This document shows, one piece after another, positions 36,233-48,981 of a stretch of DNA of 64,000 bases. Within the stretch, counting starts at the first letter, position 1; each line of letters opens with the position of its first letter. The notes under the pieces are model-generated. The model was given only the letters and a program-made list of their open reading frames with translations, was not told the origin of the DNA and did not search any database. Origin of the DNA: Callorhinchus milii (lineage: Eukaryota); the NCBI RefSeq assembly GCF_018977255.1, contig NW_024704751.1, positions 16,306,001-16,370,000 of the forward strand, given 5' to 3'. Position numbers and translations under genes: made by a program.

Positions 36233-39200
36233 ATGGCTTGTGCTGGTAAGTGGATGAAAGTGGTATAGCTTTCTGGATTTAGAATGTTAATCTGAACTTC
36301 TTGCCAAACAGCTTGGTGTGGGGGTGGGGAGAGGAAACAGACCAAAATATATCATTTCTCAACTAGTTATCTTCCCTTGTGCGTACTTGGCAATCTTTCA
36401 TGTAAACAGTAACATTTATATTGTAGGTTTATTTTCCCCTAGGAACTTTTCCCTTCCCTTTATTTTCCCCCTAATCTAATCTTTTGTCATTTTCCCCTTA
36501 TCAAAAAGTTGTGTAAGATTCATCCTAGAAGGAACTTTACATGAGTGTCATCCAGCCCTTCCCCAATGCCAATGAAGTGTTTGATGGTTGTTGAGTCCTC
36601 ATGGCTCTTACAGATTTGCAGCTTTCTGTTACGTACTTTCTTCTCAGGGGTAGAAATTTCTGATCTTTGTTTAAACCCACATTGAGTGACTGGTGCTGAT
36701 GAGTCGCTGTCTTTTCTTTAAAAAAGTATTGTTAAGGCTGTCTATGTACTGAAATTGTCAAGTGTGTGTATGATGTCCCCTGCCTGACTTGGCCAGACAT
36801 AGTTGGTGCTGAATGGAATGCTGGCTAGAGTTAAGATTACTTTTTATATGTATTACGGGCAAGATGAGTTATTTATTTGGACACATTGAAAAGTCTGCAA
36901 ACAGACTGTATACAACAAAGATGGCTTAGTAAAACAAAAAATGTTGGAAATTCATGACATGTCATTCAACAGATAAATAAAGATGCATTTCTATTTTTGG
37001 TGTGGAGTCCTTTATCTGAACTCATGATTTCAGACAATGTACTTTATAAATAGAGTATTGCAAAGTGGAATACACTCTCATTGCCTGTAAATTATACTGA
37101 GGAAGAGGAAGAAAACCTGCGCTTACAAAATAAGAAAAAAGAGATTGCATCTGTGTTTTACTCAGGCTGGCCAGTGGGTTGTTAAAATCGAAATCTGCTA
37201 AAAATTGACAAAGTGTCTTGCTTAGATGAAATAATTTCTTCTAAGTACACAACAACATTACATATGTATCGCGTCTTTCACGTCAGGAGGACTAATTACG
37301 TAGTGATTACCAGACTTTCAGAGCCCCCAATAATGGCTCGATATTTATACTAATTTGAGCTGCAAGACTTGGGCTTTATTGGATTCATGACATTACCATT
37401 CTGCGAGGACCAAAATGGTGGACCCAGATTTACTTAGGTTCAGGGGGACGACGACATGCAGATTTATCCAAAGGCTGTCTTTTCTCAGCCATTTTGAAAA
37501 TTATTTCTAATTAAAATTATTACTAAATTGAATTTTTACTTTCAGTTCTTATAGGTTATTGTTTTATTCATTCACTAATCTAAAATCTTGTTTTATTGAG
37601 AATTGGCTATGATTCAAAACTGAAATTAATGTTTTTGGCCAGCATTTAGCAGATAATTAAATGGCGATGGATTTGAATCAGACTAAATATATTTGTTGCT
37701 CTTTCAGATATTAAGGTAAATGAGCTCGACAAGCGGTCTTCTGGACAGGCTTTTGAGATAATCTTGAGCCCTACAGCTGAAGCAATTCCAGAATTCCCTC
37801 TTTCTCCCAAGAAGGATCGGTCACTTGAAGACATTCAGAAAAAACTGGAAGCTGCTGAGAACAGACGAAAGGTACTAAAGATCTTTGCAATCTCAGTTAA
37901 ATACTGTTGGCAAGGGGATCCATACAGCAAATCTACCTTCCTGCCTAACATAGTCTGATCCATCCTTGAAAAATGATGTGGACTTCCGTCTAGTAGGAAC
38001 CGGACTGAAGTTTTCCGAACTGAATTCAAATGGACATTTTAAAAATCAGTAAGGAAACTTTTCATCCTACTGGTCTGGACTGGATTCTGAGAAATTAAAC
38101 AACTGTGTTCTAACCCATCATCACTTAGTCTCTTAGAAAACCAGCACTACTAACTTCATCATCCTTCCCAAAGCTACTTTAAAATGAATTATTTCCTCTT
38201 GTTTAATTGCCTAGAGAGAGATCTGAGGTCCAGGAAGTGTAGAATCTTGTAAAATCATATGATTTTCATCCAAAATGGTCTGCACCTGATGCGACGTTCA
38301 TCTCCAAAATGAGCAGAACTATCTTCAGAGTCTAAATGCTTTGCTGAACAATTAATCTCTTATTTTTCTTTTAGTCACATGAAGCAGAAGTGCTGAAGCA
38401 ACTGGCTGAAAAACGGGAGCATGTCAAAGAGGTGCTTCAGAAAGCAATTGAAGAAAATAACAAATTTAGCAAAATGGCAGAAGAGAAATTGACCTCCAAG
38501 ATGGAAGTCATTAAAGAGAACCGTGATGCCTACCTAGCTGCCAAACTGGAGCGCCTGCGAGAGAAGGTAATTCTCAATAGAAAATGAACACTTATATACA
38601 ATATTTGCAATTAAAAAATTACCAAAAGTGATCACAAGACCTTTTTTATATTCAATTTTTACCTAATCCTCTCACAACAGTGTAACATCTGCAGCGATGC
38701 AGTTCCATTCCTCAAATGTGAAATATAGAACGTGTGTTTACCATACTAGCTCCCACACTGAAACTACCCAAATCCACACTATTAATTCTGTAATAATTCA
38801 ACATCTGCTGTAAAATTGAAGACAAACTTATTGATAAATCTTCCACAATTAATTTGAGAAACGAGTGATAACTACAGTAAATGCAATGGTTTGGGAAAGA
38901 CTTGTTTAGCTTTGTGGGTGATGTAAATACTGGTCAAATTGGTGCCAAATCTTAATATTTTAATATTAAAACAATTTTCATATTAAAATATTAATATTTT
39001 ACTCCCCCCATCTTCAGATTGCGCCTGAAGACCTTGCTCTTCGCCCGTTCCTACGGTCACCTCTCCCCGGCTCTGCGTCATGCTCTGCCTCTGCCAAGCT
39101 CTCTGGAACACTACCTCCTTGAGGGGCGCTATAGAAATGCAAATTGGTGTTAGTTGTATTTTTCAATTTAACAATAAGAATTGATGCACTTAAGTACACA

Positions 39201-39357
39201 CTTTATTTCACTACAGCTGTGCATTGTTCAACTGCCGTTAAAGTGTTTTGCATAAAATGTCTCTGTGGTAAACTTGATTTTTTTATACTTTTAGGAAAAA
39301 CACCTGGAAGAAGTAAGGAAGAACAAAGAGAGCAAAGAGGCTGAAGAACTTGTTTAA
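36233..39357 (+). CDS. STMN1: Stathmin 1-like, copy B (143 aa)
   Basis: Exons 36233-36245 (MACA), 37708-37871, 38375-38566 and 39295-39357, all GT-AG and in frame. The protein reads [67 protein letters not shown]...[26 protein letters not shown] cluster near 39751-39760. Confidence 0.9.
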
Positions 39358-41584
39358 CTTGCGTGATTTGAATTTGAGGGTGTTTCTATTATCTAATATT
39401 TTTAAAATTTGTAGCTCATACGTTGCTGAATTAAACCCTCGTATAATGCTATGACAATGTACAACTAGAACTAGTCAGTGTCGGGTAGGGGGAAACAGGG
39501 AGGGAAAACTGGGATTGTTATGTGTTTCACTTTAAGGGTTTCATGTTGTGCCTGTTGTTTACTCACAGCCAGTGCAGCTTTGGTTTCTGTTTGCATTGTT
39601 GGTGGTAGATGAAGTCTGAACAATCTATCAAATGTGTAATTTCCAGTCCATTTCTCAGTGAGACTGCTGTTCCAAGCAAAATGTAACATTCTATGGTCTG
39701 AAATGGGGCAGTTGTTTAAGCATGCCACCATTGCTGTACCTGTCTCATTAAATAAATAAATGGCACAGTTGCTTTCCCTTTAACGAGTCTTCCTGTTTTT
39801 GCCTGAAACTCAGTCACATGCTACTTTTGTATTTTAAGTGCGTTGAGTTAGAGAACAGAAGAAATGTTGGTTTGATTAATGTTTTGTATTTCTATATTTC
39901 CGAACACAGACAGAAGACCTTTAATGTTCTCTTCACTGCAGTGGTTTTCTTGTCAGGGATCTCCTGACACCCATGAGCACCATGACTTAGATATATGAAA
40001 GCTGTTGATTGACAATGTTGTTAATGTTGCATTGAATTTGAAATGAAATATAATTGCTATGGTAGGTAGATGATACATGCTATTTGCTGCGGGGCTTTTT
40101 TTCTTCCTGTGGAAGGTGCCAGGTCAATGGCTACTCCACCACCAGGGTGAAATCAGGAATTTACTAAGGAAGTCATCACAGCATTCCTGAGAGCAGCCCT
40201 CATGGGATTGTGGTGCTTGACCAAAAGTGAGTAACAGTGATTTAAAGAATAGAAGAAATGGGAATAAATCAGCATTTAAATATAAATGTTGTAATGCCTT
40301 CATGATTTAACAATTTTGAGCTTTGGCTTCCAGGATGGTTTCTGACTCAAAGTCCTCTTGTATCACGACCATTCTGTGTGGCAGTAAGTAAATGCATCTG
40401 TGGTTCACTATTCAAAGCTTCCTTTTCTTTCTTTTGTATGGGTGAAATGATTACAGTCTGCCTTCAATCAGGCTGAGGTTGTATCCATCCAAGTATTAGC
40501 TATTCGCTCCTGGCACACATAGGTCCATGTAGTGATGTGGCATTTCACAAACATCTGCTTGTTTTTTGCTTGTTCAGACTGCCACCTGCTGCTGATGTAG
40601 TATTCAGCAATGCACAGACCTATATTGAAGGGAGCACAATGATATTTTACATAAAATTACTGGTTTCAATTATTTTGTAACTTTCCCCATTGGCATATAC
40701 TTTTCTGCTCCGGGCACCAGTCTCCTGATGCTGTGATGCATTTCATTGGCAAAGTGTTCTCAGGCCTTTAACTGCAGCTCTATCCACTACATCATCGAGC
40801 TGCCTTCAAAATATTTGTTCCAACAGGAATATTCAACTAGTCTTTATTTACAGTAACCAAAGTAGTAATAATTTGGTCACTCAATCCACAACTGTTTGTG
40901 GGACACCTCTGTGCACAATTGGCTGCTGACCTGCCTTGTGCATAGCGGACAGGAGAGTGCACAGGAGAGGGAACCTAACTCTATCCAGCCTCCTGCACGC
41001 CTCCACTTCCCATCTCTGTAGTTAAGATTTCCCCACTGGTGTTCAAAAGCGCAGGAGTAAGCATTGATTGGCTTTAGATTCTTTCTGCTATCCCAAGGTT
41101 TTCTTTTTAATGTCACATTCCCACTTGCCCTTACTTGACAAAACATTCGGCAAGTGGAGAGCAGCTAACTAATGAGATGCCACTGGCCTTCTGCCATGAT
41201 GCTGTTCAAGTCCCAGCGCCTTGGGAAGTGCTCCTGACATGAAAGGTGCTATACAAATGTAATTTGTTGTTGAAGTGCAATCACACCGCAACACTGCAGG
41301 GCAGTATCCCATTGGTATTTTTTTCTTGGTTTGAAATAATGGTTTTTTAATTCTGCATCTCAAGTTTTAATCCAGGCCGACTTCTAGCAAGCTATCAGGA
41401 TCCTGCTGTCAACAACAAATTACATTTGTATAGCGCCTTTAACGTCAGGAGGATATCCCAAAGCAATGGACAGTCAGAGATTTGGACCCGAGCAGGCGTT
41501 TGGGATCAGGAGTGGTGGAGGGTAGGGGGTAGAACACATTATGGAGTGTAGTGCTTGATTAACTTGTGTTATGTATTAATTTGT

Positions 41585-43235
41585 TTTTTTATTGAGAAAC
41601 CAACGAATTGCAAACTAATCTGTTATCTTCTACGGGGTAGTAAAGTACTCAGAATGTGTTACTCTCAGCGATACGAGTAGATTAGATGCTATAAAACTAC
41701 TGAAGTTCAATGTCATCTGTACCTCAAGATAGATTGTGTCTGCGTCAGACATTGTATTTACAATGCAAAGCAGAGAAACAAAGTTACACATATGTATGGG
41801 ATAGTGAGTGAGTTAGTGCAATGTCCTTTCACTTCCAGGTTTGATCCAATCCAGACATAAACTCCCTTTTCTCAGCTGTTTGGAATGAAACAAGTTTGGA
41901 CAGTGTGTTTGGGACAGTCTCTCACCAGCTCTTACTTGGCCACAGCACAACATTCCTAATATTGCTGAATTGGCAACGTCCCAAGAGATATCCCAGTGAA
42001 CTTGTGTGATAAGTGCATAATGTTGGGACTTTTACAGGAGGGGACATGCCTCTGGCTGAATTCAGACTGGAGTGTGCTTTGCAACCAACTGCAACTAATC
42101 TGTGGGTGCTGGATACCAGCAAAAGCGGCAACAGTACATAACAATAAAAACTTTGCATTTATATAGTACGTTTCATGCCGGAGCGTCTCAGAGCGCTTAA
42201 CACTTAACATCCCTCATTAATGAGCACAAAACTCATCAAAACTAATTTAATATGTAACTGGTATAAAGAAAAGATGCAACCAGCCACAACTGCAATCTGA
42301 CTGCACTATTAATATTCCTTTTGCCCAATTTCTGGTGAGTTACACAAAATAAAATTAAAAGACAAAGGGACCTGGGCCCAACTGACTGGAACTTGAACTG
42401 CAGGGTGGAGAGGAGCAAAGGGACAAGCAACAAACTCAACATCAGCTGTTAAATTATTCCAGAATTAAACTTCAATTCCTTTGTCACTGCCTCTGCCTCC
42501 TTCACAGACACACATAAAGCAGAAACTTGCAAATAGCACAATTCAGTCCTGATAAGCACAGGACTTAAGTTGCCAAGAAATGTGGCTGAGTCAGGCTTTG
42601 ACACAAGGCGAGTGTTTGTAACTGGTAGCTTGGAATCCTGCTTGGTTCAGATATGTGCTAATCCTCTCAACTGGAATGAGAATTCTCTTGCACAAACTTT
42701 CAAAATACGCTTTTGTTTATATTCTATTAGTGAAGATTGTATTGGGAACAAACAAGTGGTTTATAGTCCTCATCCCGAGACCAGGTTGCAGCTTTAAAAT
42801 GACTTCCTGGTATGTGTTAATTATTTTTTCTGTAACCAGGGAAATTCGTAGAGTACACTTGATTAGCTTGTTATGTACTATAGATTTTATTGAGAAACCA
42901 ACGAATCAGGTAAACTGTCCAATATACATTATTTACACAGGCTAGTAAAGTACCCAGAATGTGTTACTGTCATCAATACAGCAAGCAGATTAAGTGCTAT
43001 AAACCTGTTGAAGTTCAATGACATCTGTACCTCAAGATAGATTATGTGTATGAGTCAAACATTCTATTTTTTACAATGCAATGCAGAGAATCAAAGTTAC
43101 AGACATGTATGGGGGGTAGTGCATGATTCAGTGAGTGAAATAGTGCATTGTCCTTCCACCTCTGGCTTTGATCCAATCCAGACAGAAATTCCCTTCTCTC
43201 TCTGCTTTTTGGAATAAAACATGTTTGGACAGGTT
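41585..43235 (+). repeat. Diverged ~340 bp direct repeat pair (41585-41920 and 42885-43235)
   Basis: Shared blocks TTTTATTGAGAAACCAACGAAT, TGAAGTTCAATG.CATCTGTACCTCAAGATAGATT and TTTGATCCAATCCAGACA. Confidence 0.8.
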
Positions 43236-43989
43236 CAATTCAAATTCAGGTTCCTGTAACAAAATCTAGAACAGATCCCAGACTCAGTTACATCAGCTTT
43301 AAATGTCTGTAAAGTGCAGTGACTATTTTGCAGGCAAACACAGCAGCTAATTTGCTCAGAGCAACACTCCACAAACAGACATATAATGAATGACCAATTT
43401 TATTGTGCAATTGTTGGCCAGGACACAGGGAGAAACTCCCTTTTCTTTTCAATTGGTGCTATAGGACAGGTAACATCTACTTGAACAGGCAGACAAGACC
43501 TCCGTATAACATCTGCAAAGGATAGCATCTCCATCATGGCAACACAACTCAAGCACCGCAATGGAGTTTCAACCTAGACTCTGAGTTCCAAACCCCAAAG
43601 TTCTGATTCGGAGGCAAGAGTACTATGAACTGAGCCAAGCTGATACGTAGAGTATAAAAAAAGAGTTTTAGCAATAGATTCATACCACGCTCTTTTGTAG
43701 GTTCAACGAATTTCTGTGGTAATTCCCAGGTGGAACCAGACAACGGCTCCTATATATCTTTCAGCCCCAGGTCTGGTTGTGCTGCTGTGTTGCACTGAAC
43801 GTCTTTCCTGACCGTTGGCAATGCTCATTTTCATTGTTTTTAGGAACATTGTGATTTGCCTGCAACTCAGGAAGGAAGAACAGGCTCTGTTTGCAACTGT
43901 TTTATGTTAGAAAATATTCTCTAAGAGTGCTGGGTACATTGTCATGGCATGTACTGTACACTGGTTTGAGGGGAGTCTTGACGTGTAGA

Positions 43990-44400
43990 ATAACAACAAA
44001 TTGCATTTATATAGCACTTTTCATGTCGGGAGGGTGTGCTAAGGTGCTACACAGTGAAGGATTTGCAACCGAGCTGGCGAGTACAGTCGAGAGGGGTAGA
44101 GAGCAAGCAAGTTGGAGAATGACCGAAAACAAGGTCAAAGAGAAAGGTCTTGAGACGAGGTTAGGGATGGGACAAGGGAGAGGCTCCAGGATGGAGTTCC
44201 AGAGGGTCGGAGCAGAAAGGGTGAAGGCCTGACTACTGATGGTGCAGGGCGGGGTACATGGAGCACACCAGTGCTCGCCGAGTAGAGGGAGTGGGAAGGT
44301 TGGTAAGGTTCTAGTAGGTTGCAGAGGTAGAGAGGAGCAAGACCATGGAGGGCTTTAAAAATTAGGAAATAGATCTTGGACGCGATGGGAAATGGGAAGT
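43990..44400 (-). mobile_element. L2 LINE 3' fragment
   Basis: Minus-strand translation IYFLIFKALHGLAPLYLCNLL, with an ACAACAA tail and the 3' hairpin. Confidence 0.75.
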
Positions 44401-44424
44401 CAGTGATGCTGGGTGAGGATAAAC

Positions 44425-46740
44425 ACAATACAAAATACATTTTTAAAGCGTCTTTTATGTTGAGAGGACGTTCCAAAGCGCTGAACCATCAGGGATTAGA
44501 CCCGAATGGGGGCAGTTGGGATCAGGGAGGGTTGAGGGTGGGGTTAGGAGGGTGGCCGAGGCACAGTCGAAGAGGAGGAGCTTGAGGCATGCCTTGAAGG
44601 AGGCGAGGGAGCGAGTTGAAAGGAATGTGGGATGGAGTTCCAGAGGGTGGGGGCAGAGAGGCTGAAGGCCCAACCGCCGATGGTGGGGTGGGCTGGACAT
44701 AGAACAGACCAGAGCCTGCTGAGCAGAGGGAGCAGACAGGTGATAAGTGGAGTCCTGTAGCTGTAGCTCAGTGGTTAGAGCACTCGCTTTGCGAGCGAGA
44801 GACCTGAGTTCAATTCCAGGCAGCGCAAAACCTTGGGCAAGTTTCCTTACTCCACACAGTGCCTAATAATAATCCCTCCAAAACCAAAAACAATAATAAA
44901 TTGGTCATTTTCAATCTATGACTGTTTGTGGGACATTGCTGTGCGCAATTGGCTGCCGCGTTCGCCCACAAATATACAATCAATTCACTTTACAGTGTGT
45001 TCTGTGAAGCACTTTGGGATGTCCTCACGACGTGAAAAGCGCTATATCAAATGCAAGGATTATTATGATTATTATTATAATAAGTCGGAGAGGTAGGAGG
45101 GGGGCAAGGCCATAGAGGGCCTTGAAGGTGAGGACAAGGATTTTGAACTTGATCCTCTGAAGGATCAGTGGAGCTGGGTGAGGATGGAGCCTGATGCAGG
45201 AAAAGACATGAGCTGCAGAGTTCTGGATGATTTGCTGCTTGTGGAGGGAAGAGTTGGGAAGGCCGACAAGCAGGGTATGGCATAGTCAAGCCTGGTTGTA
45301 ATGAAGGCATATATGAGGGTTTTGGCAACCTGAGGGGTGAGGCAGTGGTGGAGTTGGGCAATGTTGGGGAGGTGATGGAAGGCAGAGTGGGTCATGGCCT
45401 GGATGTGGAGGAGAAAGGACAGTTGAGGGTTGAACAAGATGCCTAGATTCCTGGCTGGCTTGGTGAGATGGAGTGTGCATCTGTGGATACTGATGCTGCC
45501 AGTGTTTAAGGTGTGGAGGTGCTGGCACAAGCCAATCAGGAGAGCCTTGGTGACGTTCAACTGTAGAAAGTCGTCTCACATCCATAGGCAGGCAGTCTGT
45601 CAGAACATCAGTGGTCCTGGGATCGAGGGTGGAGGCAGAGAGATAGAGTTGGGTGTCATCCATGTACATGTGCAATTTGACCCCATGTCTGCGGATGATA
45701 TCCCCAAGAGGGAGCATGTACAGGTTGAAGAGGAGAAGACCGAGTTCAGGGCCCTGAGGAACACCACACGAAACACCATGGTGCGGGGGCTGAAGGAGAA
45801 GCTATTTGTGGAGACAAAGTGGAGATGGTGTGAGAGATGGGATCTGAACCATTCAAGGACAGAACCTGTGGGCAGCATGGAAACCCAATTGGACGGGTTC
45901 ATAAAGGGAGTGACAGGAGAGGAAGGAGTGAAGCAGGAAGGCAACAACTCTTGGAAAGGAAAAAGGGAGATTGAAAATGGGCAGTAGTTAGTGAACAGGG
46001 ATGGGTCCAGGGAAGGTTTTTGTTAGGATAGGGGTAATGACAGCTGTTTTTAGGGCAATGGGAATGGTGCCAGTTGACAGGGAGAGGTTGATGAGGACTA
46101 AGAGTAAAGGGATAAGGAGGTGGAGCTGGTAGGTAAGGAAGGGGGTAGGGATAGGGTCGAGGGAGCAGGTGGTTGGCTTCATGTGGGTTATAGTGATGGT
46201 GAGAGAGAGGAGACAAGTTCGAAGGTGTGGAGGGAGGGATGGATGGGTAGGAGCCAGAGTGTAAGCGAGAGATGGGGAGGGGTTGGTGGTTGGGGGTGAT
46301 CTGCTCATGGAGCTTGGTGTGCGAGAGGAAGTGAGCTGCAGAATTCTGAATAAACTGCAGTTTGTGGAGGGATGAGTTGGGAAGTCAGGCAAGCAGGGAG
46401 TTAGCATAGTCGAGCCTGGACATAGTGAAAGCATGGATGAGGGTCTCGGCAGTCTGAGGGGCGAGGTAGTGGCAGAGGTGGGGAAAGGCAGAATGGATCA
46501 TGGCACGAAAAGACATTTGAGGGTCAAACAAGATACCCAAATTCCATATTAATTGGTGAGGTGGAGAATACATCCCTGAAAAGTGATGCTGTCAGCACCT
46601 GAGGTGAGGAGGCACTGACAGGAGCTAAGCTGGTGGGTCTCTGTCTTGTCGAGTGGTTCTGGAGTTCAGGGTGGAGGCGAAGTTAACCCTATGCCTGTGG
46701 ATGATATCACTGAGCAGAAGCATGTAACTATTGAAGAACG
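44425..46740 (-). mobile_element. Long decayed L2 LINE(s) with RT-domain remnants, interrupted by a SINE
   Basis: Translations MKPTTCSLDPIPT...[47 protein letters not shown] (YADD-like motif) and [14 protein letters not shown]...[10 protein letters not shown] second 3' segment lies at 46290-46700. Confidence 0.85.
44749..45080 (+). mobile_element. Full-length tRNA-derived SINE inserted in an L2
   Basis: A box TAGCTCAGTGG, B box GAGTTCAATTCC and (ATT)n tail, flanked by ATAAGT at 44743-44748 and 45080-45085. Confidence 0.85.
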
Positions 46741-47179
46741 CGGAACAGCGACTGTAGAGTTCAGCGGCACAGGTGTTATTATTTGTTGACAGCAATGCCC
46801 TCAGGAGAATTGAATTTTTTTTTGAGTAAGGAAGAGCCTGGTACATTTCAGACACTTTAATAATCTGAGTAATAAACTACCGCGCTGGACCGAACTGTCT
46901 GATTATATTTAGAATTTTGCTGCTGTTCTTTCCAATAACTATCTTCGCTGACTTGTGGTTTGATTTCACTGGGTAAAGATGAACAAAAAAGGCCCGTTGG
47001 CCGTAGCAGCCAATTTGCTGTCACCCCAAATAAACGCCCCCAAATAAACATCAAGAGTTTGGTTAACACTAATGTCATTCATGGCGGTCGGAGTGCAATA
47101 GCTGTGATTCTTGTCGGTGCAACTCGTTGACTGAAAGTGAATGGCAGCCGCCCGATCAGCCCGGTACCGGTCACCGGCC

Positions 47180-47695
47180 GTCACCCCCCAACACACACAC
47201 CCACACAGTCACACCCGCACACACAGTCAAACCCACACAGTCTCTCTCTCTCTCACACACACAACACACACACCCACACAGTTACACACCCACACACAGT
47301 CTCACACACACACAGTCACACACCCACACACAGTTNNNNNNNNNNNNNNNNNNNNNNNNNNNNNNNNNNNNNNNNNNNNNNNNNNNNNNNNNNNNNNNNN
47401 NNNNNNNNNNNNNNNNNNNNNNNNNNNNNNNNNNNNNNNNNNNNNNNNNNNNNNNNNNNNNNNNNNNNNNNACAGTTACATACACACACACAGTTACACA
47501 CCCATACACAGTCTCACACACACACAGTCACACCCACACACAGTCACACCCACAGTCTCACACACACACACAGTCACACACACAGTCACACACAGTTACA
47601 CACCCACACACAGTTACACCCACACACACAGTCACACACACCCAGTCACACACACCCACAGTCACACTCGCTCACTGTCACTCTCTGTCACACAC
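47180..47695. repeat. (CA)-rich minisatellite (CACACAGT units) containing an assembly gap
   Basis: Repeated CACACAGTCACAC/CAGTTACAC units, with an N run at 47336-47471. Confidence 0.9.
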
Positions 47696-47699
47696 CCCG

Positions 47700-48737
47700 C
47701 GCCCGGCGCTGGCCCCGCCCCCCGCCATTCAGATACGGTCCGACCCCACGTGGTGCGGTGGAGCTGCTCGCTGATTGGCGGGGGGGGCGCTGTGATTGAC
47801 AGGAGGCGGTTCACGGCGTGTGATGTATCCGCTGTGTGTGTGTGAGAGAGAGACACAATGTAACCGCGCGCCAGTGAGTGAATGAGTGAGAGGCGGCATC
47901 GGCTCCACCCCACCCCGGCACCGCACGGCACGGCACCGCACGGCACCGCACCTCATGTTTGTCAGTCAGAGAGCGAGAGAGAGAGAGAGAGGGGGAAAGT
48001 GCAGCCGCTCCACCGCTAAACCGGTTCAGCCGCCGATCGCCGTCACCGTACGCTGAGAGCCACACGCTCCGGAGCACACACCCGGGCTGATCCGTTCTTA
48101 ATTGAGAGCGTTGGTTTCTCCGGGGGGTGTGGGGTGGGGTGGGGTGGGGGTGTGTGTGGGGGGGTGTGTGAATCCCGGCCCGAAACTCCCGTTTACTGCC
48201 CCCAAGTGAATGAATTTTTTTGCTGTGCGGTGACCGCGAGCTCGTTAGTTGTTGCCCGGAGTTACTGCTGGAAAGTGACGGTGCGGGAACATCGTAAACC
48301 GGTGAGTGAGTGAGTGAGTGAGTGAGTGAGTGACCGCGGTGTAAAGGACCGCGATCAGCGAGAAACAGCGTGAAATCTGCTGTCGGTCCCGCGGGTGACA
48401 CTTCCAGCCCCGCCGCCCGCGCGGGGCTCCCGGTGGCAGTGGGGGAGCCGGGTTCCTGGCACGGGTTTGTTTGCATCTCCAAGGGGATAGCGGGGGAGGC
48501 TGACCATCACCGGGCTGTCCTGTGGGCTCTGCCCCCTGAGCTGGTCGCGGGTCGGGGCTCACACCTCCCCGTGACTCCGTTTTTTTTTCAGGGGGTGGGG
48601 GGGGGTTGAATGTTATAAAACAGGCGGTCACTCGGCCAAACATTCCTTTCCTCTGACATTCTGAATGAACTCTACATTACTCAAGTCGCGCACTGGACAG
48701 ATACGTGGTTTCCTTTCCCAATCTCCATCCTCTCTCT

Positions 48738-48768
<31 letters not shown>

Positions 48769-48933
48769 GCGCGCAATCGCCATCTCAGACTTTCCCGACT
48801 CTCCGACCACCCGCAGCACCGACCCAACCGATCCCATTCTCCTCTCGACCTTCCTCTAAACTCGGGAAACAATGTCACGTCTCCGGTTCGTTGCGCAATC
48901 TCCAGCTTTTTGAGTACTCGCGTGTTCCGAGGA

Positions 48934-48981
<48 letters not shown>

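Noticed and set aside
29231-39357. The two stathmins as an assembly artefact or allelic haplotypes
   Set aside because: Coding divergence with indels, plus unrelated introns and promoters, is far beyond allelic levels.
44749-44830. tRNA-Ala-like sequence
   Set aside because: It is a SINE head with no proper acceptor stem, and it continues into the SINE body.
44833-45096. Recurrent [12 protein letters not shown]...KDYYY seen in several places
   Set aside because: It is a chance translation of the multi-copy SINE, not a gene family.
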